From a virus, in the IMG/VR virus record IMGVR_UViG_3300043177_000234: a stretch of 64,000 nucleotides of DNA; one strand, given 5' to 3'. A model generated the notes under the pieces. It did not search any database. It was not told where the DNA came from and was given only the letters and a program-made list of their open reading frames with translations. Made by a program: the position numbers and the translations under genes. Shown piece after piece: positions 34,634 through 47,087 of this stretch; the stretch's first letter is position 1, and each line of letters starts with the position of its first letter.

Positions 34634-35734
34634 CTATTCGTAATCTCGAATTGCAATTACATATGGAAATCGAGGTATACCATCAGGCGTAAGGTTGAAA
34701 TACTTCACTGTCGCTAGTTTACCAAGCAAGTCTTGCCTTGACTTCAACAGCCCTCTGAGGTATTCTCTGTCGCCTTTGATATTAGAATTAAATTGCTGGC
34801 CGGCTACATTTCGAAGGAGCATCGAGGCGGCCATACCGCTCTTGTTGCCATCACCTTCAATCACATCTAGAATAAGAAATTCTTCATCCTTAAACTCTTT
34901 GCGCTTAAGCAGCGCCTTACTGCGCTTGTTTTCGTAAACCCAATCCAGCCGAACCATCTGGCCTTCGTAGCCGGCTTCCATGTATGAATCATAAGCGGCG
35001 TCTAGCTGTTGGCGATTATGAATTGCCGTAGTTGGTACTATACGTATGCAGCTGGGCCGACCGCTGAGGATTTTTTTAAGGAATGCGTGACGCTCTGAAA
35101 ATGTGGATCTGCCGGCGCCAGAAGCTATATCATATACCCAATACTGGATCGCGGCGGCGCTCTCCTTCAGGTCTTCATTTGAGGGTTTGCTTTTCTTTAC
35201 CAAAGAGCATATGCGATTGAAGTCATTGGCAAACTTATCACAATATAATTCTCCATCCAATGCTAATCCCGGCAATTCATCAAACAGGCTTTCTAGGGCT
35301 GCTGCAATATGCGGGACGCTAGAGAATGGCTTTCCTCCGCGACTTTTGAGGGCGCCCTGCGTAGCGATGCAACGAATCCCGTCGTACTTGGGCTGACTAA
35401 AGACTGGGTATTTGAGGTCGTCAGCGTAGTCTTCAAAGGATTTTGCTAGCATAGGCTCGATGAATTCGATGTCGTCGATTTTGCCCAGATCTTCTTTGTA
35501 GCCGGAGTCGATCTTCTTCTTCCATTTGGACTTAGCCTCAAACGCAGCCTGATCTTCGGGGCTAGTTTCATTCGAACGGCCAACATTCTTGGCCTGACAG
35601 ACTGTCCACTCCGAGACCACCTTTTGACCATCAATCTGGCCAGAGGTGACTCTGTGCCTATCTCCTTGGACTTCAATCTCCCAACTTTGCACTGCACCTG
35701 TAGATGTCCTAGAATATAGAATTGGCAGCTTCAT
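34634..35734 (-). CDS. ATP-dependent DNA ligase
   Basis: QPKYDGIRC, LDGELY, YEGQMVR, LLKRK, PRFP...RDYE. Confidence 0.93.
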   Translation of the reverse strand: MKLPILYSRTSTGAVQSWEIEVQGDRHRVTSGQIDGQKVVSEWTVCQAKNVGRSNETSPEDQAAFEAKSKWKKKIDSGYKEDLGKIDDIEFIEPMLAKSFEDYADDLKYPVFSQPKYDGIRCIATQGALKSRGGKPFSSVPHIAAALESLFDELPGLALDGELYCDKFANDFNRICSLVKKSKPSNEDLKESAAAIQYWVYDIASGAGRSTFSERHAFLKKILSGRPSCIRIVPTTAIHNRQQLDAAYDSYMEAGYEGQMVRLDWVYENKRSKALLKRKEFKDEEFLILDVIEGDGNKSGMAASMLLRNVAGQQFNSNIKGDREYLRGLLKSRQDLLGKLATVKYFNLTPDGIPRFPYVIAIRDYE

Positions 35735-35876
35735 ATCACTTGAGTCCTAAGATTCGGTTTTCTTCTTCAGATAGCTTCTTTAATGCTGCTACGCGAACAG
35801 CGTCGCTCTTTGTTTTTCTGCTGCCAGCCAGCTTCTCGCGTTCCGCCTTGGCTGCCATATCAGCAGCCAGATCCTG

Positions 35877-36224
35877 CTAGATGGCGCCTACAATGTCGCG
35901 CCTGGCCATAAAAAGGTATTCAGTTGGAAAGCTAGAATAGTAATCCCACTTAGATGTCTCTAGCTTTGGTTGGTTATTGTACATCTCTAAGCGGCAATCT
36001 TCCACTACATCTGACGATACACATGGGTCTCCCACCTCTCCCTCATCGGCGTTATTGAACCACCATTTGTACTCCTTAGCTATACCAAAAGCCTCCATGA
36101 TAGCCGAAAATACATCATCAATCTTATCGAAGAGTTTTTGCTCAAGGCAAGAAAGGCCGGATCTGGCTATGGTATATTTTTCCAAATCCTCCTTGGTATA
36201 TGTGACTTCCTTAGCTTTTCTCAT
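35877..36224 (-). CDS. Hypothetical protein
   Basis: ORF track. Confidence 0.5.
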   Translation of the reverse strand: MRKAKEVTYTKEDLEKYTIARSGLSCLEQKLFDKIDDVFSAIMEAFGIAKEYKWWFNNADEGEVGDPCVSSDVVEDCRLEMYNNQPKLETSKWDYYSSFPTEYLFMARRDIVGAI

Positions 36225-36483
36225 TCATCATCCTCTATAGAGACAGAAAACTGCCTCGGTAAGCATCTGTAGAATTTTACTGCAGGATCACCATACCTAA
36301 TCCAGTAGTGATCTTCGCGTACATAGGGTGTGTGCAGACCCCATAATGAGACTGTTCCATCAGAATCCTCAGCCACGCCATCACTGAGTAGCTGCGCTCG
36401 GTCAGCGCATACCTGCACTAACTTCCCACAGCTAATGCCAGCAAGCCCCGCGAGGCTAGATGGCCCCCAGAATTCACAGAATG

Positions 36484-36759
36484 CTACTGCAGAATCATAA
36501 CGCTCATTACGAAAGATATCACGCAGCGGTGCAGCAAGTGTGTTGTGGAAAGCTCAATGGCACTACCGAAACCCGGATCGGTCGCGTCGAAAAGCCTGTG
36601 GCGAGTTCCGTATTTGTACCAGCCACCCTTACGCTTCCATTCGAAACGGAGATTGCTGCCGTCTAGCTTATCAAACACATACGCTTCAAATTCTGAAAAT
36701 TCACGTGGAATTGAGGGTATGTCTTCACGTGGCGCCACCATTGTTAATCGACCCGGCAC
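36484..36759 (-). pseudogene. ATP-dependent ligase-like nucleotidyltransferase fragment, frameshifted
   Basis: VFDKLDGSNLRFEW...KYGTR; continues in a shifted frame as AFCEFWGP. Confidence 0.55.
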
Positions 36760-36773
36760 CTGCCTGCTATTTT

Positions 36774-37409
36774 TTATCTGGAAAATTTCCTACTTACATC
36801 CCGAAACATTTTTATTATTGTTTTTGGGATTTTAACTGATTCTAGCTCTGAACTGAGCCCGGTAGATAGATAGGCTTGTGTTTCATCTGGAATTACAAAT
36901 TTTGCATACCCTTGCTTAATCAGCGCTGACGATATCGCAGCTGCGGTCCTGGATGGAATTTGGTTTAGGCAGCGCTTCATTTCTCTGCGGTATTCTGAAT
37001 TAAGTCCCCAAAGGGCATGCGCTTTTTCGTGCGCGAGCGAAGCGGTATCTCCACGCATGACACCTATAAGGTAGAACATCCTGCTGCGCTCTCTGCATAC
37101 CTTATAGATGCTGCGCATTGCGCGATCATATTTGCTGGGATCGGGAATACCTTTCCTAAAACAGGCACTTATTACTCTGCCGGGTAGATTAAACCCACTC
37201 CAGTCGTAGGGGTAGGTGAAGCCGCCCCGACCTTCTGTTTCAGAGTACCATTTCATGTAGTCAATTAATGTAAATGGCTTGCCTCTAAAGGCGAGGTTGG
37301 GAGATTCGTAAAACTCCTGACATCTCCAAAATGTCATAGCTAAATCAAATTCATCTTCAAACTCAGCACAGAAAATACCCTCGCCAAGTGCTCGTATAGA
37401 ATGTCTCAT
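36774..37409 (-). CDS. Conserved phage hypothetical protein with HExxH motif
   Basis: FYESP...YPYDWSGFNLP...AHEKAHALW. Confidence 0.65.
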   Translation of the reverse strand: MRHSIRALGEGIFCAEFEDEFDLAMTFWRCQEFYESPNLAFRGKPFTLIDYMKWYSETEGRGGFTYPYDWSGFNLPGRVISACFRKGIPDPSKYDRAMRSIYKVCRERSRMFYLIGVMRGDTASLAHEKAHALWGLNSEYRREMKRCLNQIPSRTAAAISSALIKQGYAKFVIPDETQAYLSTGLSSELESVKIPKTIIKMFRDVSRKFSR

Positions 37410-37631
37410 ACCTTCTCCGACAATCTTTTGGCAATATCGACTATTAGGTCGGTTCTCTGAACTTCGACCTGCAGCCTGTGTCCCAATTCTGCTGCCTTAG
37501 CTCGATTTTCTGGAGTATCGCCCCATAGAAAATCTGATAATGCAGATTGCTGAGATACCCATACGCATTTTATATGCAGAAGGTCATTGATATTTTCAAT
37601 CACCATCTTCAATGCATCTTCATAAGACATA

Positions 37632-39140
37632 TCACTTACCGCCATCAATAGCTGGAATGCGGGCGTAGTCGTCCCAGATCGAATCTAATGTATATTTTGA
37701 CATAAGAGCTGGCGCATAGCTGCAAGGCCCGGCCTCTTGTGTTACAGCATTAATATACATCGAGAAGGCCCCCTCGCTTGTGTGGAACGAGATTGGCGGA
37801 ACTCCGACCTTCTTAAGTTCATTTTTGCACAAAGAAGCGAGAGTTGTGTCTATCGCTAGGTTCGGCATGTATTCCGGCTGAGGGCAGGGGTTCGCACTAT
37901 CCCGCTGTTCTAACAAACGCTCGTGGCTGCCGCCACTCGCTTTCCAATATGAACCATCGCGGTCAAACAGATCCTTCTGCCTCTTTGCCTCCCATGCCTC
38001 CGCTCCCTCGCGGCAAGCCTGCACTCGCGCCGTCCACGGCGCAATCCACTCGGTTTGATTGGGGGCATTATGTACCGGCAGACCGCTCCTGGCAGCAGCA
38101 CCACGACCCGTATCCTTATACCCTAGCAGCGTCAAGCGATGCCCTTCGGCTGCCTCCATCATTTGCTCAAACTCTGCCACTGATACCGTTCCGACAACTA
38201 CCTGGAAGTGTACCTGGAATGGCGGATATTTGGCATGGAAACGCTCTAAGATGCCTCGAATCTGCTCGGCAGTATCTACCGAGAATGCCACAGCAGATAC
38301 CGGCACCTCGGGGATCTCAGCCCAATAGGTTACGTTGCGACTGGTCACATTAACGGTCACGCCCGCGCTATGGAACGCCTCTACAATACGGGCGAAGTCG
38401 GGATGCAGGGTGGGCTCGCCACCACCAAGAGCCACTTCTAGTACGCCCGAGTCACAGAAGCGTTGAGCAAGCGCTTCCAGATGTGCAAGCGGTGCATGTC
38501 GGCCTTGCGGGGTCGAACCTTGGTAGCAGTATGAGCAACCGTATGGGCAATAATCGGTAATCTTGATATCGACCAGTTCGGGCCATGTACCTTTGGCAGG
38601 AGGCTCTTCTCCGGTATGCGTCATGCGAAGTTTGGTCCCAGACCGGCGATCGAAGAGCACAAAGTGGCCTTTGGGATCACGGACTAGGGTCCATGAGTCA
38701 CGGTGTGCGAGTGCTACAGCTCCCGCATCTTGAAATACCGACAGGAGTGGGTGACCATCAGAATTGTCGTTCCCGCCCAGAATAATCACACGATTCATAC
38801 TGATTAGCTGATGGAGAAATGCCGCTACCTCGGGTGAGTTTGTGGGAGCGCCGGTTGTACGGTCGGTAATTGACAGACCCTCATCGCCCCAAACACTCTG
38901 GTGATCGATAGAGGGTTCGTCATTGCCATTGCCCCAAGATCCGGTAACATACCCCATCTGCGCCCGGTAGTACTCTTCTTTGTCGGAGAGCTCTGTGAGC
39001 GTAAAGTCATCCCACCCATAGTCGCCCCAGTTGCTACCATGGGAAGAGGGTGGCGGCGGAGTGCCTGGTGGCAGAATAAGGATGCTGTGCGAGGATGATG
39101 AATTCGTGGCGAAACCGTGGCGGATATTGTGAACTCTCAT
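37632..39140 (-). CDS. Radical SAM protein
   Basis: CPYGCSYC cluster motif, GGGEPTLHP; N-terminal GFATNSSSSHS. Confidence 0.88.
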   Translation of the reverse strand: MRVHNIRHGFATNSSSSHSILILPPGTPPPPSSHGSNWGDYGWDDFTLTELSDKEEYYRAQMGYVTGSWGNGNDEPSIDHQSVWGDEGLSITDRTTGAPTNSPEVAAFLHQLISMNRVIILGGNDNSDGHPLLSVFQDAGAVALAHRDSWTLVRDPKGHFVLFDRRSGTKLRMTHTGEEPPAKGTWPELVDIKITDYCPYGCSYCYQGSTPQGRHAPLAHLEALAQRFCDSGVLEVALGGGEPTLHPDFARIVEAFHSAGVTVNVTSRNVTYWAEIPEVPVSAVAFSVDTAEQIRGILERFHAKYPPFQVHFQVVVGTVSVAEFEQMMEAAEGHRLTLLGYKDTGRGAAARSGLPVHNAPNQTEWIAPWTARVQACREGAEAWEAKRQKDLFDRDGSYWKASGGSHERLLEQRDSANPCPQPEYMPNLAIDTTLASLCKNELKKVGVPPISFHTSEGAFSMYINAVTQEAGPCSYAPALMSKYTLDSIWDDYARIPAIDGGK

Positions 39141-39550
39141 GGAGTGCTCCTAAGTAGGTCTTTGAAGCGCCGCCATCGCGACGGCTTAGGCGGCGGAATC
39201 TCAGCAATGAAATCGTTTGATTCTATATGAAGAGTGATTGTCTCTGGCGTATTGGAAACTGAAAAGAAGTACGGGTAGTGTGCGGCGATTCTATAGTGCC
39301 GCTCGCCTTCTTGAGGGATGAAGTATAGCTGGTATTTGGCGCCGTCGATGGTGGCTGCGGCCTCCATACCTCTTATAGGCGGGCTAAATTCCCACAGTTG
39401 GGGCGGTATTCCATCCGGATAGGCAGCCTCCCATTGTGGTCGATTGTATTGCTGCAAGTCCCATCCTGGTGGAAGTGCTACTGTGAGAGCGCCGGGATAC
39501 TGACGATAGTCCACCGCATAGCGGGAGTTGGGCTTTATCAAAAGTAGCAT
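39137..39550 (-). CDS. Hypothetical protein
   Basis: ORF track; 4-nt overlap. Confidence 0.5.
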   Translation of the reverse strand: MLLLIKPNSRYAVDYRQYPGALTVALPPGWDLQQYNRPQWEAAYPDGIPPQLWEFSPPIRGMEAAATIDGAKYQLYFIPQEGERHYRIAAHYPYFFSVSNTPETITLHIESNDFIAEIPPPKPSRWRRFKDLLRSTP

Positions 39551-40287
39551 AGTTGCAGCCGATACATTAAAGGAACTTCATACTCTCGGGATCGGTCACA
39601 TCATCTGAATCTAGTCCCGGCAGCTCGTATAGGGCGCGGACGTAGTGTGCTCGGTCCAGTCGGTATTCGTGGAGAGATACATCTCGGGGGAGAATTACGC
39701 GGTCGTATGTGGGGTTCCAAATCTGGTTGTAGCCGCCCGGCTCTCCATTGGGCCCATTCAAAAAGCCGGTGTAGAAAATCGCCTTATGAAGGACATTGTG
39801 TGGACTCCACGCCACATCAACGGCATAAATGTTCGCTGCTTCCAGCCACCGGCAGGTGATACAATGGTACGCTTACATGGCGGGGTGAAGAATGTCATGG
39901 CGTACCTTCTTTGGTTTAGGGAAACCCAACTCACTGCCGGCGAATACGCGAATATCAACCTTGGCCTCTCTGGGGGGTACCCTTAGCGAAGTAGGCTCCG
40001 CGATAGTTTTTACCAGACTCGTCTGACTTGGCAAAGCTCAAAACGCTTGAATACCGGCCAGATTGATGAATCATAAATCCAAGCACCTAGATGCTCGGCA
40101 TGATCAGGGTGAAAGGCTGCGTCTTGCAGATCGTGCGGGGACCATGACTTATCGAAGTCCAAAAATGTATCTGGCCGGCGGGCGACTGTCTGCAGTGAGG
40201 TACAGTTGCCTCTCTCGCAACTCTACCCAAAACTCTGGCGGCAATGCTTCTTGGAGAGTATTAAGTGTATGTGGCCTGTACATAAAT

Positions 40288-40599
40288 TCACTTCTTTAGT
40301 TGCGGCGTGCCGTGTGCATCGCACATGATATCGGGGTGTTCCCATAGTTCTTTCTCAAGAGCTTCGATATTACGCTCGGCTTTATGGTAGGCATCCTGCA
40401 TTGAACGCCAGAGTGCGGAGGGTAGCACCTGATTTCTCTTGATATCTTCAGGAGAAAGCGTGGCTAGATTTGTTCCGGCCTGACGCTTTGCCTCGCGAAT
40501 TGGTCGCAGCAGATATTCTTTGAGAAGATCATAGCGCTCGGCAAGTATATTCCATCGATCAATCAACTTCTGTGGGTCCTTCTTCTTGTGAATTGACAT
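40288..40599 (-). CDS. Hypothetical protein
   Basis: ORF track. Confidence 0.5.
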   Translation of the reverse strand: MSIHKKKDPQKLIDRWNILAERYDLLKEYLLRPIREAKRQAGTNLATLSPEDIKRNQVLPSALWRSMQDAYHKAERNIEALEKELWEHPDIMCDAHGTPQLKK

Positions 40600-40756
40600 T
40601 CTTATACTCCTCGGGGTAAGCTCGCTTTTCTATCGGGCGCAGAACCCACAGTCTGTAGGCGTTGAGCGGTACCCAAAAATTGGTAGCCGCCCCCATAAGC
40701 AGAAGGGGTACTGCACCCATCAGCAGTGCAGTGTGTAGTGCTTTGTAGTTCACACA

Positions 40757-41191
40757 TTAAATCCAATCATTGTCACGCTCTATTCCCAACCCCACTGCAT
40801 CAAACTCATCGGAATCTTCTCGATTAGCTCCGAGTGCGGCTAGTGCACGGCTGATTGGTGATGGGGCCGCGCAGCGCTCTTCATTACTACATATCGAGTA
40901 TTTTACTCCGTTCTTCCACCATGTCACATCCTGTTCACCTAGCCCGCCGAAGTATGAGGCGAATGCATGAATGATGTCATGTTCTGGGGTGGCGCGCTCG
41001 CAATTTTGCGTGCTGATCGCAAAGCCTTGATTTAGAACTCGGTAATCTGCGCCGATGGCGCCCATAACTTCCTGTTTAGCGATCCAAGCATTCAAATAGT
41101 ACGCCATAGTACTCTTCCCTTTTCCTCTGCTCTTCTTCTGCGAGGTAGCGTCGAACTTCGGCCATGCGTCTTGCCTCCTCGTCTCGCTCAT
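40757..41191 (-). CDS. Hypothetical protein
   Basis: ORF track; true start probably at MAYY. Confidence 0.45.
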   Translation of the reverse strand: MSETRRQDAWPKFDATSQKKSRGKGKSTMAYYLNAWIAKQEVMGAIGADYRVLNQGFAISTQNCERATPEHDIIHAFASYFGGLGEQDVTWWKNGVKYSICSNEERCAAPSPISRALAALGANREDSDEFDAVGLGIERDNDWI

Positions 41192-42069
41192 CCCGTTTGC
41201 GCCTATAATTTGCAGCGGCGGTGCTTGGACAGTCGGTATAAAACTGGGACGAGAGCCCGCATCCCCACTCCCCGCAGGTACAGACGGGAATTTCTTGAGC
41301 GCACTCTGGACATGGGTGGGAGGGTTGTGTCATATGTAGATCTGTTCGTGCGTGTCGCTTCGGTAGTAGTGACGGTATGGGGAATAGTCATCGCTTTCCC
41401 ATCCTGACCAGGACATCGCCACTCTAACATAAACACGCCAGCCGCCTTCGTGCTTCCAAGTATGATCCTTGTGTACGTACCACCACTTGCCAGGGTAGTG
41501 GCGGCGCAGGAGGGTTATGACTCGCCGCCTATAATTGAATAGGGTTATTGGGAACCTTGGCATATCTGCCATACTAGATACTCGCGTTCCACTTCTTGGA
41601 TTACTATCAAATAATTGCCACTATCCCACAGTTCTTGCGTGGTAAGTGTTACCGTGTCGGACAGCGGGGGCTCCCACCGGTCATGGCCACCTAACTACGC
41701 TGGATACATCTCTTCGAGACGCCTGTCGATGAGGCGGCGTTGTAAATCCAGATTTTCTCTTATAGAACGCGCAGCATGCCTTGTCATCACAAAAAGCGGA
41801 AATAAACGATCGGCCCTAGCGGTGGAGCTGCCGCACATGTCCGACAACTCAGATGCGATTGCATCTAGCAAAGTAGAGTTGTATCATTTGCTGCGCAAAA
41901 GAATACAATCACCTAGGTAGGGTTGAGGCGAATGCGAATATGTCTGTAGTTGCCGAGCGGCACATCTGCTTTGCCACTGCAGCCTCGGCATCTGTAGTTG
42001 ATTGCTGCATACAGTTCTCCCCCAACACACCGCGTATGTACCGTAGTGCGAGTTTTGTATAATTAATTA

Positions 42070-42504
42070 CTACGGCTGTTCGGTAAATACTCTTACATCA
42101 ATTACTTCCGCACCCACAGCAAAGACGCGCCTTACCTCGGCATACGGGGCATAGTTCTGCAGGTCCTCAATAACCTCCTTGACCGTTCGGTTAATCTCCA
42201 CCTGCCCGTGGCGCGGTTTGGTGTGCCTCGCCATGCATACCTGCAATATCTCTTTAGGTGTGCCGGGTGACAGATTTGCAGCCAGATTCTCTAGGAACTT
42301 CTCTCCTGCATATTTTGTGGAGAGTTCCTTGGCGAACAGAAGAAATTCTTCTGTCCCTTCGTCGTCAGGATATTTGTCCTGCTCGGCATCTATCATGAGC
42401 TTGCGCAGTGACCTGCCGTGAAATGCCATGTCTACCATAGAGTCTATTAGAACGTTTAGCTGGGAAAATCTCTTGGCCCTCTCAGCCATGTTGTCACTTG
42501 ACAT
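42070..42504 (-). CDS. Hypothetical protein
   Basis: ORF track. Confidence 0.5.
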   Translation of the reverse strand: MSSDNMAERAKRFSQLNVLIDSMVDMAFHGRSLRKLMIDAEQDKYPDDEGTEEFLLFAKELSTKYAGEKFLENLAANLSPGTPKEILQVCMARHTKPRHGQVEINRTVKEVIEDLQNYAPYAEVRRVFAVGAEVIDVRVFTEQP

Positions 42505-42657
42505 GCGATTCCTTGATTTCGTTGGGCACCACCTGTTGTGTGCGCCAAAAGGCGTGCGTCTGTACGTGTTCGGCCCTGACCCATTTTGCTACTGACTTTC
42601 GAAAATCACGGAAGTGAAATTGCTCGGCCAGTCGAAGTACATAGCCCTCGCACTCAT

Positions 42658-43273
42658 CTAGTCCTCCGACTGATTACGCCCGATAGCGGTGACCCAATCT
42701 TTAAATGACATTGAGCGACACTGTTCGAATGTGAATGACGCCTGCAGTTTTAGCGGGTAGTATTCTGGTAAACCCCCATCTCTGCCCGGTCGAACTTGTT
42801 CTTCTAGAAATTTGAAGCGCTCACAGGAGGGTAGCGGAGACTTGTTAAACCCCCTGTAAACCTCGAGGATTCCCATGTCCATGTCAAGGACATACGCCCA
42901 TTCGCAGAACAGCGAGTGTGCTGCGAATCCAAGATCCAGCGCGACTTCAGGTTCGGGCGTAGCTTGAATATAATTCAGTATCTTCGCACCAAAATCTCTA
43001 TTGAATTGCGGGTGCTTCTTAGCAAACTTGTCAGCGATATCCATTGGTACAAACTTACCTGTTGCCCCCACATCTTTTCACAGAGCCTCGATATATTCGG
43101 GGGAGCGAATCTTGATAGCGTCAAGGTGGTCGCAGAATGCTTCTGTATTCATTTCGGACTTGATAAATTCGAAGACTGTCTTTCCCTGCCCTTCCGGATA
43201 GACGTCCCACTGACAGACTGTGCTACGACAAACTTCCCATTTCGAACTACACATGTAAGATTTCTAGTTCCCA
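42658..43273 (-). CDS. Conserved phage hypothetical protein, frameshifted
   Basis: N-terminus MGTRNLTCVVRNGKFVVAQ... in another frame; C-terminal FCEWAYVLDMD...LEVYRG. Confidence 0.55.
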
Positions 43274-43745
43274 TACTTCTCCCTGTTTAGTTTTCAAAAC
43301 TCGAATTGCATACGCTCGCGCTGGCCTCTGCCTGCTCGCGAGTCTTGAATGTAGCAACTACAAGCCCAGATGGATTGAGGAGTTCGAATCGAAGCGGACC
43401 GCTATCCTTTTCGACGACTTTGTATTCAGTATTTTTGATTGACATTATTTGCTCCTAATTTAGAGGTTGTTGATCTTGCATAACATATGCTCTCCGTTTA
43501 ACCTTTCGCTGCTCCAATCATGGAGTCGGAAGGTGAGGCGGCAGGGGCAGATGCTCAGAAGAGCGTGTACCGGCAGAACCAATGAAAGGCATGTCTTAGG
43601 CGTGGAAAGTGGAGTGTGGTGTTGGGCGGCTCAGCCGGCCGGCCCCTTGCATATGTCTTCCAGATTTGAATGCATTCGTAGAACCCTTCCTCGGTAGTGC
43701 GAGCGACCTCGTGGGCGACGAGGTTTCTCTGTTAGCAAATCTTTT

Positions 43746-44114
43746 CTAGATAACATTTTTCAACTCCGAATTGCGCTTTTCAGCAAACTGCCGAATCTGC
43801 TGCACAGACACATCTGTTAGCTTCCAGTTTTTATCACCAGCCTTCGTGCCAGATGGTATGTGCCACATATTGTAGCAGTTTTCATACAGCGTAACAGCAA
43901 TACATCCGTCTGTGTAGATCAGTGCATGCACCTCGTGTGTCTGCATGTATAGGGACGTGGGGCTGCATTTTACTGTGCCTCCGTCATCGTCTGGAAGATC
44001 GAAGATACTTATGTCTCCAATATACTCTGCATCAACCGGAAATTTATAGTCTTGATGATCTCCGCATTCAACTTCCAGCATTAGCCCATCATGACGAATA
44101 CATCGGATTGGCAA
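43746..44114 (-). CDS. Hypothetical protein
   Basis: ORF track. Confidence 0.55.
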   Translation of the reverse strand: MPIRCIRHDGLMLEVECGDHQDYKFPVDAEYIGDISIFDLPDDDGGTVKCSPTSLYMQTHEVHALIYTDGCIAVTLYENCYNMWHIPSGTKAGDKNWKLTDVSVQQIRQFAEKRNSELKNVI

Positions 44115-44465
44115 GCCATTTGGTGTATGTTCTCGGCCACCGTTCTTTTTTGCAAAATCTATAGTACAATCCCAGCTACAGTAATTGCGCGAGCGAGGAG
44201 CTTCTTTTCTACAATTAATACACTGTGCCGTCTACGGGCCTCACTTAACAAATTGGATTCTATCAAAGAATGGATCTGCCGGAATATCTACCGTTCGAAC
44301 TTTGGGTCCGGCTCCAAACCAGTCTTTGCAGGTATATCGCATGCGCATGGTGCGCTTATTAAAGTGAACGGGCAGTACCTCCACTTCAAAAACTTCGTTA
44401 TGAGGTGAGCTGATGATGAACGCTGTAGTGACCTCAGCAAATACTCGAGGGCATCCCACTTCTCT

Positions 44466-44798
44466 TTATGCTAGATTTTCTTTAACGGGAGTGCCTGACA
44501 GCCAAATCTTAAATCGCGCATGTGCCTCTATAAGATCATCTATGATCTGTTCAGCCAAAGCATCTTCTACTTCTTGGGCCCAATCCAAATCATTAATTGA
44601 CATATTACTTCCTAAGTGCTTCGAATTCTGGAATATCTGATGGTTCAAATGAGTCCAACCAGCGCTCGTTAAATGAATCAATTGCAGCTGGGTCAGCGCG
44701 ATTTCTAGATAGGAATGGGCTAGCTCCGGCAGGTGGTGCGCTATATCGGACTTAGTGTACCGTTGCAGGTTATCGATTGTGGCACGACTTTCGGCCAC
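44466..44798 (-). CDS. Hypothetical protein
   Basis: ORF track. Confidence 0.45.
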   Translation of the reverse strand: MAESRATIDNLQRYTKSDIAHHLPELAHSYLEIALTQLQLIHLTSAGWTHLNHQIFQNSKHLGSNMSINDLDWAQEVEDALAEQIIDDLIEAHARFKIWLSGTPVKENLA

Positions 44799-45989
44799 AT
44801 TTCCGATTGAGTCAATAAATACAACGATGTCGCAATCTCTGCTGTCTTGCGATCCGAATATCTGGTACTCAATTGATTACATATTAGTGACCATGTTCCT
44901 CTATGTCTTTTTTAGCCTTACGTCGCTGACGCTTTACCGCATTACGCTTAGCTGTGCGACGCCCTTTTGAGGAGCGTGGCCCGTCAAACACGTTGCTGGT
45001 CATATCCCCGTAGTCCAATCACTTATGGACTCCTTTAACATCTGTTATCCGAGTGAATTGAGCGGGCCTCCGTCATATGTGCCTTTCTCTAGACCACAGC
45101 GTTTTACAGCCGGACTTTACGCGGCAGAATGTAGTGGCCAATGTGGCCTCTGTATTCATTATCATTATGGTGGCAGAAAAGTGTTGCACTCACACTCCAA
45201 ACAGGCGTGGGCATTGCCGATGTGTACCGACTGTGGATCTCCGCAGTTACGACAGCGGTGCAGTTCTATTCCCTCTGATTCAAAAGCATCTTGTATGCCG
45301 TCACGCCACAACCTCTCTATCTCGGCTACTAACTGCTGGCGTTTAATGGACACTGTGTGTGCGCTGGTATCGCCCTCGCATGCCTGCATATAGCGATTAA
45401 TCGCGTCCCACATCTTCACCTTTTTAAGTAGTGGTATTTCCATTTATCGGTGGCTCCTGTGCAATGCATATTGCGTACCGCAGAAACTTGGGCGAGTGCG
45501 CATGCGACACTCAGAATGATGCGATCTGTAAAATAATATTATACTATTTATATTTACTCCGATGAGGGAAGCTTAATATTCCTGAGGGCCAACAGCTCTG
45601 CCTTAAACAATGCTAGGTGGTCTAACAGTTCACGAATGCGTTCATTTGCCTTAGACAACAGTGCTTGGTTTTTTCTATTCAAATCAACCAGACCTTTAAA
45701 CCTAATCCTGTCGCCGGGTCGGCAGTCTCCGTACTTCATGCCCTCACCTATTGACTGAGCTGGGTTGGGCTTGCTGCCTTTTTATGGCTCTATCTAGACA
45801 ACGTTCATATATATCGCAAGATCTATCTCGATGGGTAAATGAGCTGAACGGCGGCGGACGGTATGGCAGGCTGTGCTGCCAGCCATACTCGGTACAATAC
45901 CCGTACCGCTCCTCTAAAGAGGAGCGCCTGTTCTCTTCTCCGCATTTGGGACATGCGGAATACTCATAAGAGCGCAGCCTGTGTTTACA

Positions 45990-46376
45990 CTAGATTGCCT
46001 CCCCATTTCTATCAAAATAGGTAATCTGCACATTCTTTGTGCGCGGGGAAAGTTGATTGCGCAAATATTCCACCGCCTCGGGATAAGTTGAAAATCCCGC
46101 AGAGTATAGCCACATTCCCATCTTTCGCTTTTGTACATAGAATGAAAAGTATTCGTGTGGGTCATGTACTATGCGCCAACGCGATCTTCGCCAGCATTCA
46201 AGTAGGCGAACCCACCAACCCGAGCGAGCGGGTGGCGATGACATTACAGCCACCGGTAAAGTTTGCTCTGGCATATGCTTACTTATCCTCCTTCGGTTGA
46301 AAACTTTGCAACTATCTTCCAACACAGCAATCTTACAATTGCTTTCGGCTTGGGAAGACTCTGCCTTGCCCTGCAC
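45990..46376 (-). CDS. Hypothetical protein
   Basis: ORF track. Confidence 0.45.
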   Translation of the reverse strand: MQGKAESSQAESNCKIAVLEDSCKVFNRRRISKHMPEQTLPVAVMSSPPARSGWWVRLLECWRRSRWRIVHDPHEYFSFYVQKRKMGMWLYSAGFSTYPEAVEYLRNQLSPRTKNVQITYFDRNGEAI

Positions 46377-46523
46377 TTCCTTGACTCACACATTGTGGGG
46401 CGGGCTTTCGGACACGACCTCCCTAATCTCGGGCTTGGTGTGGAGTTGGCGGGAGGCAATTGTTGTTTGTCGGCCTCAATTGTAAATTTGCTCCACACTT
46501 TACTTGCCGTTTCGGCAAAGCCG

Positions 46524-46961
46524 TTACGAAATGCTCTGCTCGCAGCAGCTACATGCCAATGTAGTCTCCCACCAAACACAATCAGGCTCGTGAGTAATGT
46601 GCTCTTTAATCCAAGCCTCTGCAGTATCTCTATCAGAGAAGATCTTATTTACCGTATCTGCACGGTCTGATACTGCCCAATTTCCAGTCAAGCGCGTGCA
46701 ACTACCACACCTGCAACCATCATCCATCTCATAATCTTCTTCAAGATTATATCGATACCCAAGTCTCGTTTCCACTAACTGCATAGCGCTAATACGATCA
46801 GTGCTAATACCTGTATGAATCACATAGCCCTCTTTACTTATTTGCCACCTAAAAGCACTTGTGCTACCCGGCTCAGATAATACCTCACCGCGCCATATAC
46901 CGCGTTGTAGATGCCAAGTGCTACCTCGCTTATCCCAACCAGGGTTAGGTAGTTGAATCAT
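46524..46961 (-). CDS. Hypothetical protein
   Basis: ORF track. Confidence 0.5.
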   Translation of the reverse strand: MIQLPNPGWDKRGSTWHLQRGIWRGEVLSEPGSTSAFRWQISKEGYVIHTGISTDRISAMQLVETRLGYRYNLEEDYEMDDGCRCGSCTRLTGNWAVSDRADTVNKIFSDRDTAEAWIKEHITHEPDCVWWETTLACSCCEQSIS

Positions 46962-47087
46962 AAATACTCCTATCTTACAGATTAACTATGCCAATGGCAG
47001 AGCCGCCAAAGTATGAGGTAAGTGCTTCTTGCGGGTGGACTTATCATGCCGCTAGGCGGTCTATATCCAAGCCATAATTTAATTACT